This document shows positions 10,239-20,582 of a DNA stretch of 64,000 bases, one piece after another. The position numbers and the translations under genes are program-made. The stretch's first letter is position 1; each line of letters begins with the position of its first letter. Below the pieces are notes generated by a model that had not been told where the DNA came from, made no database searches, and saw only the letters and a program-made list of their open reading frames with translations. Location of the stretch: IMG/VR virus record IMGVR_UViG_3300031673_000001. One strand, 5' to 3'. The stretch is from a virus (lineage: Duplodnaviria > Caudoviricetes).

Positions 10239-11929
10239 TGAAAATAATAGTAAATGGTAAGGTTATCAACTTAAGTCAGAAAGATTTTGTTGCTAAAGGT
10301 GGAGAAGCTATGGTCTTCAACATAGGGGATGTTGCATATAAAGTATATGAAGATTTAAAGAAGATGGTTCCAGAAGCAAAATTAAAGGAATTATCAACAC
10401 TGTCAAGTCCAAATATAGTTTCTCCAAAAGATTTAATTTATAACACAAAAAAACAGGTTGCTGGTTTTACAATGGCATGGTTAGGAACAGATATGCCTGC
10501 TTTATGTAAACTCTTCACCACAGGGTTTAGAAAGGCAAATCAAATTACAAATGATCAAACATTAGAATTAGTTGAAAATATTAAAGAGAAAACCATATAC
10601 ATTCATGAGAATAACTTCCTAATTGTCGATGGAAATGAGCTTAATTACATGGTCGATAAGGACTTTGTAACACCATATTTCATTGATGTAAATGCCTGGA
10701 AGACTCCAAGTTTTCCTCCAACAGCAATCATGCCTTCTATTCGTGATTATAGATCAAAGATTTTCTCATCCTTAACTGATTGGTTTTCATTTGCAATCAT
10801 AAGTTTTCAGTTGTTTATTGGAATGCATCCTTTTAAAGGAAAACATCCCAATTATCCAGATAGAGATTTTGAATCTAGGGTAAAAAATTGTATATCAGTT
10901 TTAAATCCTCAGACTAAAACTACACCTAATATTAGAGATTTTGGTTTAATTCCAACATCCTATATGGATTGGTATTTAAAACTATTTGAAAAAGGAGAAA
11001 GATTACCACCACCATTAAAAGCAGGTCAAATCGGGCAAGTTAAAACTAGAATTATTTTAGTTAGCAACACAGATAATTTTCACATTAAAGAACTATTAAC
11101 GTTTAAGTCAGATATTATATTTCACAATGTTGTGAATAATAAACAAATAACTAAAACCCAAAATCATCTACACATTGACAAAGAAAAATATAAAGTTTCA
11201 CCTGATGTTGAGGTTATATTAACACCCATGGAAGGAATTCCAATCTTTATAAAAATTGAAGGTGAATATGCAAAATTTCATTGTCCAGATATTAATTATA
11301 ATCTTAAATCTATTGACATAAAATGTAATGAAAAAATGATAATCAACAATATATTATTTCTAAGAAATAGTGGAAAGCTTATTGAAATAGCTTTTTATGT
11401 ATCAGGAAAAAATATATTAATTGGATCAAAAACCGTCTGGTCAATTGAACCCATTTCAAGTCAAATACTTAGTGGTGTTATACATCAAAGTATTTTGGGC
11501 AAATCATTTATTACTATTCCTTTACCAACATATCATAAGAGCTCATCAATTGTTAAAAAAATTCCAGAGTTTGATGATTATAAAGTCATTGATGGAAAAC
11601 ATCAAAATAGAATTTGTATGTTTACCTTATATAAAAATGATGAATATAGCAGAGCAACACTCACATTTGATGACTCTTATAATAGGTATAAAATAGATAT
11701 TAAAGAAGGAATAGACTATACACCAATCAACTTTATTGTTTTAGACAATGGAATTTGTATATCAATCACAGATGATGATGCAGTTGAAATATTTTTGAAT
11801 AAAATTGACAAACCTGATGTAAAAAGAATAGAAGATCCAGAAATCAACTCTGTGATGAAACTATGTAATGATGGCGTTCAAGTAAGAGTATTTAAAGGAG
11901 AGAAACTTTTTGCAATTAAAATGAGGTAA
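10238..11929 (+). CDS. Ser/Thr protein kinase with long C-terminal region (TerY-P triad type)
   Basis: KGGEAMVF Gly loop, AYKVY, VDGNELN, FID, TDWFSFAII.FQLF.GMHPFKG. Confidence 0.85.
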   Translation: MKIIVNGKVINLSQKDFVAKGGEAMVFNIGDVAYKVYEDLKKMVPEAKLKELSTLSSPNIVSPKDLIYNTKKQVAGFTMAWLGTDMPALCKLFTTGFRKANQITNDQTLELVENIKEKTIYIHENNFLIVDGNELNYMVDKDFVTPYFIDVNAWKTPSFPPTAIMPSIRDYRSKIFSSLTDWFSFAIISFQLFIGMHPFKGKHPNYPDRDFESRVKNCISVLNPQTKTTPNIRDFGLIPTSYMDWYLKLFEKGERLPPPLKAGQIGQVKTRIILVSNTDNFHIKELLTFKSDIIFHNVVNNKQITKTQNHLHIDKEKYKVSPDVEVILTPMEGIPIFIKIEGEYAKFHCPDINYNLKSIDIKCNEKMIINNILFLRNSGKLIEIAFYVSGKNILIGSKTVWSIEPISSQILSGVIHQSILGKSFITIPLPTYHKSSSIVKKIPEFDDYKVIDGKHQNRICMFTLYKNDEYSRATLTFDDSYNRYKIDIKEGIDYTPINFIVLDNGICISITDDDAVEIFLNKIDKPDVKRIEDPEINSVMKLCNDGVQVRVFKGEKLFAIKMR

Positions 11930-11931
11930 TT

Positions 11932-12165
11932 ATGTTTAATCACACACTTATACTTTTTGTGGTTGTTGTTTTAATAATATCAATTTTAGGTTGGCAAAAT
12001 TCATCCAATAGGATACTAAAAATCGTATTATCGAAATATGAATGGACTCTATATGCCAAAAGTTTAAAAAGACTAATCCCTGGATATTCAGTTTATTATT
12101 TATACAAATGGAAAAGACAAGTCAAAAGAGAAACCAAAAAACAAAAATTGAAAGGGATGTTATGA
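11932..12165 (+). CDS. small membrane protein
   Basis: N-terminal hydrophobic helix. Confidence 0.55.
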   Translation: MFNHTLILFVVVVLIISILGWQNSSNRILKIVLSKYEWTLYAKSLKRLIPGYSVYYLYKWKRQVKRETKKQKLKGML

Positions 12166-12473
12166 AAATTGTTGATAAAGAGGACATACCAGAGGACGCA
12201 GTTGAAATGCATTTATACGATTGGCAAAATGTAATGATGCCAAGAGGATCTAGACAAAAAGAATCAATATATGAAATTATCTTCCCAAGATTGGTTGAAT
12301 CATTCCTATCTTTCACTGATCCAAAATATGGTGACAATCCACATATTGAAGATTTATTAAAAACTATGTCTAAAAATCTTTTAGGTGAAATGCTCAACGC
12401 TTGGGAAGATTTTTTAAATAATCCAACGGTAGAAGAACGAATGTATGAAATTAAAAAAAGAAAGGAGATTTAA
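12162..12473 (+). CDS. hypothetical protein
   Basis: Start re-assigned to ATG 12162 (AAGGGA RBS, ATGA overlap with the previous gene). Confidence 0.55.
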   Translation: MKIVDKEDIPEDAVEMHLYDWQNVMMPRGSRQKESIYEIIFPRLVESFLSFTDPKYGDNPHIEDLLKTMSKNLLGEMLNAWEDFLNNPTVEERMYEIKKRKEI

Positions 12474-12475
12474 AA

Positions 12476-12808
12476 ATGGTAACCTTTATAGAAAATGGAG
12501 TTATAGATCCACATAAGGTCAAAATCGTTCCAATCCCTAAAGGAGTTATGGAAGCTGATGAATTAAAAGTAATTCAAATTATGAAAGTTGAAAAATTAAA
12601 GATCATGCATAAATTATGGGACCAGATCGGTATGGAGCTTCTATTTTGGCCAATTATATTAGATCAAGATTATGAAGTTATAAGTGGAATATGCGAAGTA
12701 GCATTTGCTCGCCAAAAAAATGTAGAGCAAATATCATTTAAAAGATATAACTTAACCAAAGAGGATAAAATCAGATTTTTGCCTCATGTACACATATTCA
12801 AAAAATAA
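12476..12808 (+). CDS. degenerate ParB/Srx-like domain protein
   Basis: WPIILDQDYEVISG resembles the ParB-N core but lacks the HR motif. Confidence 0.4.
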   Translation: MVTFIENGVIDPHKVKIVPIPKGVMEADELKVIQIMKVEKLKIMHKLWDQIGMELLFWPIILDQDYEVISGICEVAFARQKNVEQISFKRYNLTKEDKIRFLPHVHIFKK

Positions 12809-12842
12809 AAGAATAGATTAAAAAAAGAAAGGAGAAAAGAAA

Positions 12843-13829
12843 ATGACTAAAACAAAAGTGGTTACAAGAAAGAAAAAAATGGCAAAAATAACAACAGGCA
12901 CCACAAAATTACCATTTCCAACTAATCTACCTTCTAAACATATAAATATGAGCCTTATGGAAAAAGGTTATATTGAACCAAATAAAGTCAAAATGGATCT
13001 TCCTTTTCAAAGAGATGAGGAACCTAATAGAATGAAATATCTTCTTGAGTCATTCGAAGCTTTAGGTATGTATGATGAAGCTTTTCCAATTGTATTAGAT
13101 CAAGATGATAGGGTTCCAGATGGAACACATCGAATCATTATGGCGAAGCTTAAAAATTTACCATTAATACCATATATTAGATATCACTTTGCAACCCAAT
13201 TGGATAGATTAAAATATTTTCATATAGCACAGAGACACCCACAAGGTATGAAAGCAAGGGATGAATTATATGCTTATAAGCTTGGTCAGCACGCATATGC
13301 GGAACTATTATATTCTTTATGTGGACAAAACGCTCCTACCTTATGTTCCACTTGCAGCGATTTAAAGATGAATCAAGACTCAAAGATGTCAAATTCAAAT
13401 ATCAAAGTTGTACATCTTTGTTATATGGTTAATTACATAGTTCTTGGTTCAAAAACAAGTTGGGCGAGAACCCTGGCTGATACTCTGTATAAAAAATCCC
13501 TTCCGCATTTAAATGAGAAATCATATAAAATGAATTGTCAAAAAATCGACGATTTTTTACGATTTTTTCTAAACTCAACCGGATGGGATATATCAAAAAA
13601 GGATCTAAGGTTTAAAGAGCATTTTATTTTAGCTTTTATTGAACTTTACACAGAACATCTGATGCCTGATTCAAAATTCAAACTAAAAGGAGAAAAGAAA
13701 AGAATTGAAGGTATACTGAAAAGATATCGAATTATTTCTGAAGTGGTTACCAATCATAGGTTTGTCATTGTACAAAAATTATTAAAGGAGATAAATGGCA
13801 CGAAAGGGCCAGAAAAATGTTATATCTAA
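12843..13829 (+). CDS. ParB/Srx-like (DGxHR) domain protein
   Basis: FQRD...FPIVLDQDDRVPDGTHR. Confidence 0.65.
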   Translation: MTKTKVVTRKKKMAKITTGTTKLPFPTNLPSKHINMSLMEKGYIEPNKVKMDLPFQRDEEPNRMKYLLESFEALGMYDEAFPIVLDQDDRVPDGTHRIIMAKLKNLPLIPYIRYHFATQLDRLKYFHIAQRHPQGMKARDELYAYKLGQHAYAELLYSLCGQNAPTLCSTCSDLKMNQDSKMSNSNIKVVHLCYMVNYIVLGSKTSWARTLADTLYKKSLPHLNEKSYKMNCQKIDDFLRFFLNSTGWDISKKDLRFKEHFILAFIELYTEHLMPDSKFKLKGEKKRIEGILKRYRIISEVVTNHRFVIVQKLLKEINGTKGPEKCYI

Positions 13830-13858
13830 TTTAAAATTTAAAAAGAAAGGAAATAGAT

Positions 13859-14410
13859 ATGTCAATAATTCAATACATCATCAAAAAAACCAGGAAGGAG
13901 CTTTTCATAACACAGGACATAAGCATTATTAAACAAAGAGTTGAAAGAATAAGACTCGGAGCAGAAAATAAACTTGAAAATCCCTGGATACCTTATGACA
14001 AAACTATGAAAGATATTTACTATTATAAAGAAAAAATAGGAGTTATGTATGCAGATGTTCTTCCAAAGTGGCCAGACAGAGTTATCATTGGTTATAGTCT
14101 ATGTAATACTGGATTCGATATCTGGAATTATGTTGGAAACGGAAAAAGATACGAAAAAAATTTTGGTATAAAAATTGCACGTGAAAGAGCAGAAAAATGG
14201 TCAGAATATGAGGATCCCCCTTTTACTTCTAATAAATATCTATTATTATCAAATCAGGTTCCCGATTCTATAAGAGATGACCTTATAAGATTCATTGACC
14301 GATGTATGAGCTATTATAAAGATAAAGAACTAACATACTGGGCAAAAGATCTTATGGGTTTAACAGTTACCCCTGCAATTTTTCTAGATACCGACAGAGA
14401 AATCATCTAG
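13859..14410 (+). CDS. hypothetical protein
   Basis: 183 aa ORF with RBS. Confidence 0.65.
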   Translation: MSIIQYIIKKTRKELFITQDISIIKQRVERIRLGAENKLENPWIPYDKTMKDIYYYKEKIGVMYADVLPKWPDRVIIGYSLCNTGFDIWNYVGNGKRYEKNFGIKIARERAEKWSEYEDPPFTSNKYLLLSNQVPDSIRDDLIRFIDRCMSYYKDKELTYWAKDLMGLTVTPAIFLDTDREII

Positions 14411-14426
14411 TCAATTAAGATATAAA

Positions 14427-14666
14427 ATGACAAGAGAAGAGGTCCAAACCTTAAGACATGGTCTATATCTTATTCACTGGAAAAATGGTGAAAAATCATT
14501 AGCAGCAGTTGGAAGTAAATATAATGGTGATAAATGGATATGCTGCACCAACTGGACAAGTGCAGAATATAAAGGAACTGATAGTCATTCTCAAAAAATA
14601 TGGAATAATGTTGAAAAGGTGGGGGTAATATCTATTGATGAAAAAGGAAACTTCAAAAATGGTTGA
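14427..14666 (+). CDS. hypothetical protein
   Basis: 79 aa ORF. Confidence 0.55.
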   Translation: MTREEVQTLRHGLYLIHWKNGEKSLAAVGSKYNGDKWICCTNWTSAEYKGTDSHSQKIWNNVEKVGVISIDEKGNFKNG

Positions 14667-15042
14667 TAAATACATTTATAAAGTTATCAAAGGAAGAACC
14701 AGAATGAGTGCCATAATTAATGGTCGTAGTAAATATGGAAGACTCTATAAAAAAGGTGAAACTGTTTATGCTGAACCAGACACACTCGGCATAATGTGTT
14801 TTAAAACTAAAGAAGAAGCAGTAAATTTTTCTATGGATTTATCCGGATGGAATTATCATCACACTAAAAATTTTAAGGTGGTTAGAGTCAAACCAATTGG
14901 AAAAAGGAAAAAAATAGATTATATCTCTAAATTTTTAACAAGCAATTGCTTAGATAATTTCTATTCAAATGTTAGAGAAACTGTTATGGCAACAGCTCCC
15001 AATGGAACCATTGGATATCCTGGTGTGTTTGTTGTAGATTGA
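14635..15042 (+). CDS. hypothetical protein
   Basis: 135 aa ORF; the true start may be the second Met. Confidence 0.6.
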   Translation: MMKKETSKMVDKYIYKVIKGRTRMSAIINGRSKYGRLYKKGETVYAEPDTLGIMCFKTKEEAVNFSMDLSGWNYHHTKNFKVVRVKPIGKRKKIDYISKFLTSNCLDNFYSNVRETVMATAPNGTIGYPGVFVVD

Positions 15043-15060
15043 TTTATCATCTACAGCGGG

Positions 15061-15103
15061 AAAAGACTTGAGTTATTGAGATCCCAAACTCAAGTCTTTT
15101 TTT
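15061..15103. terminator. bidirectional intrinsic terminator between convergent blocks
   Basis: AAAAGACTTGAG / CTCAAGTCTTTT inverted repeat flanked by A and T runs. Confidence 0.8.
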
Positions 15104-15154
15104 ATTCTAAATTATTAATTTCAAAGTTCAAAAGCTTAAACACTACTTGGTAGA

Positions 15155-15328
15155 TCATATAAAAAGTTTTATTTTTTCATCTTTATAAATAGTTCTATCT
15201 GATAATTTTCCATTTTTTGTTGCTTTTCCGTTGCAATATTTACATATTATTACTTCTCTATCAATATGTGGGGGTAGAGATAATGAAGTTAATTTCATAC
15301 AATCGCTGCACTTATATTCATGTATCAT
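15155..15328 (-). CDS. small FmdB-like zinc-ribbon protein (57 aa)
   Basis: Below the ORF-track cut-off; MIHEYKCSDC...CKYCNG; RBS weak. Confidence 0.5.
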   Translation of the reverse strand: MIHEYKCSDCMKLTSLSLPPHIDREVIICKYCNGKATKNGKLSDRTIYKDEKIKLFI

Positions 15329-15345
15329 TCCATATAAAAGTGACG

Positions 15346-15399
15346 AAAAAAAGACCTGAACAGGTCAAAGGAGGTAACCAAAAACCCTGTTCAGGTCTT
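15346..15399 (-). terminator. intrinsic terminator downstream of the major capsid gene
   Basis: AAGACCTGAACAGG / CCTGTTCAGGTCTT 14-bp inverted repeat followed by a T run on the minus strand. Confidence 0.75.
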
Positions 15400-15418
15400 C
15401 CCGCCGGACACTAACTGA

Positions 15419-16873
15419 TTATGCACCAATAGATAGAGTTGCAATACCATTACTTCTAACAAGTGCAGTCGCATAACGACTCAAGATTGTTAGAGAAGGT
15501 GTGTAACCCAAAGGATACGGATGCAAAACTGCTGGGACATAAGGAGCGTAGAAATAAATAGCTTTCAGTTCTTCTACTGGTTTGTAGACCATAACCATTG
15601 TACCTTGTGTGACAACGGCAGATGTTAGAACTTTCCACTTTCCACCAGCAACTGTAGCTGATCTATATCCCACATCTCCATCCACACTTGATGTTCCAGT
15701 GTAGTTGAATGTCTGTAGGTCTTCAAGGATAGCAACATCTAGGGGGTTAGCAAGAATGGTATTTCCTGCATCAATGTTGGTATCTGTATAGATCTGACCA
15801 GATAGTTGATTCAGTACTGGGATGATATTTTCATGCCAATACTTTGTTCCCCATGTATAAGCGGTTGGTGGGGTACGAGTAAATGATCCTGCGTGCGAAG
15901 CAGCATTCAGACGTGTATTTGCTGTAATCAATGCATTGATGATTTCTCTATCAATGTCTAGAGCAACTTGTTGACCCAGAATGTTTACGATTTCAGCTTG
16001 CATAGAAACATCAAACAGAGCTCGCATATCTTGCTCCATATTGACAGTCCAGTTTGCGCTGATCTGTCTGTCTCTTGCATACAGTCTTACCTTATCTACG
16101 TTTAGAGTAACTGATGGGTTCACTCTATTTTCTTCCAGTGAAATTGTCACTGTGTAACGTACATATGTAACAGTACCGGTAGCACTAGAAATATCCACTG
16201 TACCATTCAAGTAATCAACTTTACCGGAAACAACATCTGCTGATCCTACTGTAACACTTTGTGAGAAATGTCCTTCAACAGCTGGTAGAATAGACACTGA
16301 TGTCCATGCTGTACCGTCTGCTGAAACTGCTGTGATCTCAAAATCTCTTTCAAGATGAGCTTGTGTACTTGTCAATGTTGGACTAGCTGTTGCGAGAACA
16401 TCATAAGAAGAACTCGGAACCGGAATTGAAGCAGCAACAGGTGTTCCAAATGCAACACCCTGAGAAATATCATTTGATGTTACAGGAGCATCATATGTGC
16501 TTGAACTGTTTGATGGAGTAAACTTTGCTTTGATGAAAGCTTTGATTGTTTCTGGTTTATCCATTGGTGATACAGTTACAGCTTCTTTTGCAACTAGTTT
16601 GGGGTAGAAAACACGAAGAATAGGTAATGTTAATGTTTCATAAGGATTGATCTGAAACATTGAATTTTCTAACAGATTAATTCTTGTATTTTCTGCAAGT
16701 ACTAAAAATTGTTCACGATCTCTTTTGTTCTCAATTGATTCTGCCAATCCTGTAGCATATGCTTCAAATGCTGCATCGTCGACTAATACAGCTCGAAGAT
16801 TGCCAGGTTTACTTGGGTCTACGCCACTAATTTTTTTGGTTGTAGCATAAACCTCTTGAAGTAATTCTTTCAT
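15419..16873 (-). CDS. major capsid protein, T4 gp23-like
   Basis: PILR.FYPKLVA..AVTVSPM, RQISANWTVNMEQDMRA, EI..IL.QQVALDIDREII, FYAPYVP, SRYA. Confidence 0.92.
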   Translation of the reverse strand: MKELLQEVYATTKKISGVDPSKPGNLRAVLVDDAAFEAYATGLAESIENKRDREQFLVLAENTRINLLENSMFQINPYETLTLPILRVFYPKLVAKEAVTVSPMDKPETIKAFIKAKFTPSNSSSTYDAPVTSNDISQGVAFGTPVAASIPVPSSSYDVLATASPTLTSTQAHLERDFEITAVSADGTAWTSVSILPAVEGHFSQSVTVGSADVVSGKVDYLNGTVDISSATGTVTYVRYTVTISLEENRVNPSVTLNVDKVRLYARDRQISANWTVNMEQDMRALFDVSMQAEIVNILGQQVALDIDREIINALITANTRLNAASHAGSFTRTPPTAYTWGTKYWHENIIPVLNQLSGQIYTDTNIDAGNTILANPLDVAILEDLQTFNYTGTSSVDGDVGYRSATVAGGKWKVLTSAVVTQGTMVMVYKPVEELKAIYFYAPYVPAVLHPYPLGYTPSLTILSRYATALVRSNGIATLSIGA

Positions 16874-17049
16874 AAAATCCTTCCTCCTAATAATTTTTTA
16901 ATAACGTTATTAAAAATCGAGACACTGATCTCAAGTCTTTCAATTATGTTCTAAATTTTTTTAAGAAAGAGTTTTCAACTTTTATAGGCAAAATTTATAG
17001 GCAGGATTAAGTTAGAATCTTATTTTCTTTTGACGCTTAAGATTCTAAC

Positions 17050-17463
17050 TCATTTTGAAAATCGTTTAGTTATCGTTTTCAGTGTGTTTCCCAAATGAAA
17101 ATCTATCTTTTCATCAGATAATTTATTAACTATCTTAAGTAAAATGATAGTTTCATGTTTTAAACTTCCTTCATAGACAAGTCCAGAAATAATCATCTTT
17201 TCTATTCTATCAAGTAGTTTCAATATCTTTTTAACTCGATTAAATTCTAACATTAATACTTGAAGACTTTCTTTATTTTCTTTTACTTCAAGTTTCTTTT
17301 TTTTATAGTCGTTTTCTAAATCCTTTGTAGAATTTAAATAACCACTATACATATCATCAAAAAGAGGATAAATATTAGAAATAATATTATCAGCTAATAT
17401 AATTTTTGAATGATCAATATTTTCCTCAACAACATCCGGAATTTTAGTTCTTTCAACTATCAT
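17050..17463 (-). CDS. hypothetical head-module protein
   Basis: 137 aa helical ORF. Confidence 0.65.
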   Translation of the reverse strand: MIVERTKIPDVVEENIDHSKIILADNIISNIYPLFDDMYSGYLNSTKDLENDYKKKKLEVKENKESLQVLMLEFNRVKKILKLLDRIEKMIISGLVYEGSLKHETIILLKIVNKLSDEKIDFHLGNTLKTITKRFSK

Positions 17464-17750
17464 AATTCACTTCCTAATTGTTCTAAAAGTTCATTTTGTT
17501 TTGATTCAATATCTTCTTTTATTAAAGATATTCTTCTTTTCACATCCTCAATTAATTTTTCTGATTGACTTAAAAGATTCCCCTGTTTACCAACTCTATT
17601 TTTTATAGTATTAATCTTTTCTTCAACTGATTGCATATCATCTTTTAGTTTAAAATGTGGATCAGTTTTACAAATTGAAAATATTCTATTAATTGCTTGT
17701 GGTAGCATTTCTTTTCTATAAGGAATATTATCTAATATTTCAATTTCCAT
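17460..17750 (-). CDS. hypothetical coiled-coil head-module protein
   Basis: 96 aa ORF. Confidence 0.65.
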   Translation of the reverse strand: MEIEILDNIPYRKEMLPQAINRIFSICKTDPHFKLKDDMQSVEEKINTIKNRVGKQGNLLSQSEKLIEDVKRRISLIKEDIESKQNELLEQLGSEL

Positions 17751-17765
17751 TCATATATCCTTTCT

Positions 17766-18206
17766 TTATTCAGCATATTTTTGTTGTGAAAGCTGTTGAA
17801 ATCTAGACTTAAGTGCTCCAGCTTCTCCACCAACCTTACTCATTTTTGCATGAAATTTTTGTTTGCACTTGTCTGGACTCTTAGTTTTCATACATTTATT
17901 TGAAGCTTGTTTAAGAGCATTTAATTGAGCATTTTTTCCAGCTGATTTAGCTCTTAACATGCATAATGCTTTCTCTTTGCCTGGTAAATCTTTACATTGT
18001 CTAGCTGCTTTTGTAAAGTAATTCTTATATAAATTAAATGCCATATTGAAAGCTGAAAAGACACTAACTGCTGCCAGAACAGGTGCAAAACTCATTCCTG
18101 CTGCCCCAACTGCTGCAGTTGCTCCTCCTCCAGCTAAACCTGCAACAGTACTACCTCCAGGCACCTCTTGTAATTGAGTTAAGTATTCTTCAATAAATTC
18201 ACTCAT
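17766..18206 (-). CDS. putative internal head protein, C-x10-C-x22-C-x8-C paralog 1
   Basis: Short acidic leader ending LQE, Gly/Ala hydrophobic segment, basic 4-Cys domain. Confidence 0.6.
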   Translation of the reverse strand: MSEFIEEYLTQLQEVPGGSTVAGLAGGGATAAVGAAGMSFAPVLAAVSVFSAFNMAFNLYKNYFTKAARQCKDLPGKEKALCMLRAKSAGKNAQLNALKQASNKCMKTKSPDKCKQKFHAKMSKVGGEAGALKSRFQQLSQQKYAE

Positions 18207-18220
18207 CTTTTACCTCACTA

Positions 18221-18886
18221 TTAAACCCATCTCTTAAAAAAAGTAATTACTTTTGTTTCAATCAATTTATCAAAATACTCAGGCATAAAACATCTTCCAT
18301 TCACACAAACTATGCCACTTGAAGTTTCCGTTAAGCAATCACTTTCAAACTTCATTTCATTAAAGTCAACAACAGCGGATTTATGTGATGGCATAGACAC
18401 TGCATCAAAAGCTATGATTGTAAGAGGTCCTTTAACTTCATTATAATCTTGCTTTCGATCAAGTTCAGCAAGTCCTCTCATAGAAAATCCGACTCCTGTT
18501 CTATCCTTTAAAAGACCAAGTAATATTCCACCATTTGGAGTGCTTGTTGTTTCCATCTCACCAAATAAATGTTTTCCCCTAAATTCATAATCACGAATTA
18601 TATGAGATACTTCTTTTAATGCAACAGTGGTTTGTCTAATACCATCAACTTGTTGACTCCCTGTTGGTAATGGATGATCAAGTTCAGAATAGAAAGCTCT
18701 ACGTCTCATTCTTGAAGAACAATTTGTCATTCCTTCATCAAGAACACTTGAAGGATATAGTCTATGATTTTGATTAACTTCATCAACTGATTGAATGGGA
18801 CATCTAAATATAGCTTTGCTAGGAGTCTCCTTAATCATTGTTGCTTCGGAAAAGATTTGTTGTTCTATAATTAACGAAGGATTCAT
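18221..18886 (-). CDS. prohead core protease, T4 gp21-like
   Basis: N.N.R.Y, ELDHP (His), GFSMRG (Ser), FDAVSMPSH; start re-assigned to MNPSL at 18886. Confidence 0.9.
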   Translation of the reverse strand: MNPSLIIEQQIFSEATMIKETPSKAIFRCPIQSVDEVNQNHRLYPSSVLDEGMTNCSSRMRRRAFYSELDHPLPTGSQQVDGIRQTTVALKEVSHIIRDYEFRGKHLFGEMETTSTPNGGILLGLLKDRTGVGFSMRGLAELDRKQDYNEVKGPLTIIAFDAVSMPSHKSAVVDFNEMKFESDCLTETSSGIVCVNGRCFMPEYFDKLIETKVITFFKRWV

Positions 18887-18887
18887 T

Positions 18888-19442
18888 TTATAGTGCTCCC
18901 ATTTTAGCTTTTTCTTTATTAATTTTCCCTTGTAATTTTGATTTACATGAAGTTGGATCTTTTGTTTTCGCACATTTTGACATACCAGCTTGCAGTGCTT
19001 GAATTTTAGCAGCTTGTGCCTTTTTCTTAAATTCCTTCATACAAATAGCTTTTTCTTTACCACGTTTGTCTTTACACGCTCTAGCTGCTTTGGATAAATA
19101 ATCTTTATATACCCAATATGAATAAGATATAATTAAACCTGCTAAAGCAGCTCCCACAAGGTGTTTACTCTTTACTCCATGTTGACTAAGATAATTAGCA
19201 AGTTTTTGGACTGCCCCAACACCTGAATTAGCAGAATCTGAAGATCCTCCAATCATTGCCTCAAACAAATTTTTATCCTCTTCTGTCAACTTGTCTTTAA
19301 CTTCACCACTCACTAACATATATTTAACTTGATCATCACTTGCTTCCATAATAAATTGACCAATAGCAAGTTTTTGTTCTTTTAAAAGATGATCATGTAA
19401 TTTAACATATTCCAAAGCAAATATTTTTAATTCTTTATCCAT
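18888..19442 (-). CDS. putative internal head protein, paralog 2
   Basis: Shared leader MxxELKIFALEYVKLHDHLL...; hydrophobic helix; 4-Cys basic domain. Confidence 0.6.
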   Translation of the reverse strand: MDKELKIFALEYVKLHDHLLKEQKLAIGQFIMEASDDQVKYMLVSGEVKDKLTEEDKNLFEAMIGGSSDSANSGVGAVQKLANYLSQHGVKSKHLVGAALAGLIISYSYWVYKDYLSKAARACKDKRGKEKAICMKEFKKKAQAAKIQALQAGMSKCAKTKDPTSCKSKLQGKINKEKAKMGAL

Positions 19443-19444
19443 TT

Positions 19445-19990
19445 TTATAGTTCTCCCATTTTAGCTTTTTCTTTATTAATTTTTGCTTGAAGTTTTGCTT
19501 TACATTTAGCTGGATCTTTCGTTTTCGCGCATTTTGACATACCAGCTTGAAGGGTTTGAACTTTAGCAGCTTGTGCTTGTTTCTTATATTTATTTATACA
19601 ACTTGTTTTTTCTAAACCACCTTTTTCTTTACATGCTCTAGCTGCTTTAGACCAAAATCTTTTATATGCCTTTATAGCTAATACTGCTGCTGTAGCCACT
19701 ACTGCTGCTGTAGCTACTGCTGCTCCTCCCCCTGCTCGAATACCAATTTCCTTTCCATACTGAGCACCAGATTTAAAAGCTTCATAATCGCTATTACTCC
19801 ACGATGCCTCAACCAAACTTTTATTTTCTTCAGTTAGACCATATTTAACTTCACCGCTCAATAGCATATATTTAACTTGATCATCACTTGCTTCCATTAT
19901 AAAATGACCAATAGCAAGTTTTTGTTTCTTCAAAAGATGATCATGTAGTTTAACATATTCCAAAGCAAATATTTTTAATTGTGTATCCAT
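19445..19990 (-). CDS. putative internal head protein, paralog 3
   Basis: Same architecture as paralog 2. Confidence 0.6.
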   Translation of the reverse strand: MDTQLKIFALEYVKLHDHLLKKQKLAIGHFIMEASDDQVKYMLLSGEVKYGLTEENKSLVEASWSNSDYEAFKSGAQYGKEIGIRAGGGAAVATAAVVATAAVLAIKAYKRFWSKAARACKEKGGLEKTSCINKYKKQAQAAKVQTLQAGMSKCAKTKDPAKCKAKLQAKINKEKAKMGEL

Positions 19991-20017
19991 TTTAATTCCC
20001 CTCCAGAGGATTCATCT

Positions 20018-20581
20018 TTACATTGCTCCCATTTTAGCTTTTTCTTTATTAATTCTTTTTTGAAGTTTTAATTTACATGTAGATGGATCCTTGCTTTTTT
20101 CACACCTTGACATACCAGCTTGTAGTTCTTTAATTCTTGCTGCTTGTGCTTGTTTCTTATACTTCACCATACAATTTGTTTTTTCTAAACCGCCTTTTTC
20201 TTTACATGCTTTAGCAGCTTTAGATAAAAATCTTTTATATATTGCATATGATGCTGTCACTACTGCTGCCACTATTGCTACTGCTGTTAAGGCATTCTGA
20301 ACACCTCGATTATAACCTTTATATCCACCATATTTCTCACCATGTTCAACTCCACTTTCCCAACCAGCTGCAAATGGACTCTTTTCTTGTATCAATCTTT
20401 TAGTTAACACTATATCTTCTTCTGTTAAATTATCTTTAACTTCTCCAGTTATTAGCATATATTTAACTTGATCATCACTTGCTTCCATAATAAATTGACC
20501 AATAGCAAGTTTTTGTTCTTTTAAAAGATGATCATGTAGTTTAACATACTCAAGTGCGAATATTTTTAATTCTTTACTCAT
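20018..20581 (-). CDS. putative internal head protein, paralog 4
   Basis: Same architecture as paralog 2. Confidence 0.6.
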   Translation of the reverse strand: MSKELKIFALEYVKLHDHLLKEQKLAIGQFIMEASDDQVKYMLITGEVKDNLTEEDIVLTKRLIQEKSPFAAGWESGVEHGEKYGGYKGYNRGVQNALTAVAIVAAVVTASYAIYKRFLSKAAKACKEKGGLEKTNCMVKYKKQAQAARIKELQAGMSRCEKSKDPSTCKLKLQKRINKEKAKMGAM

Positions 20582-20582
20582 C

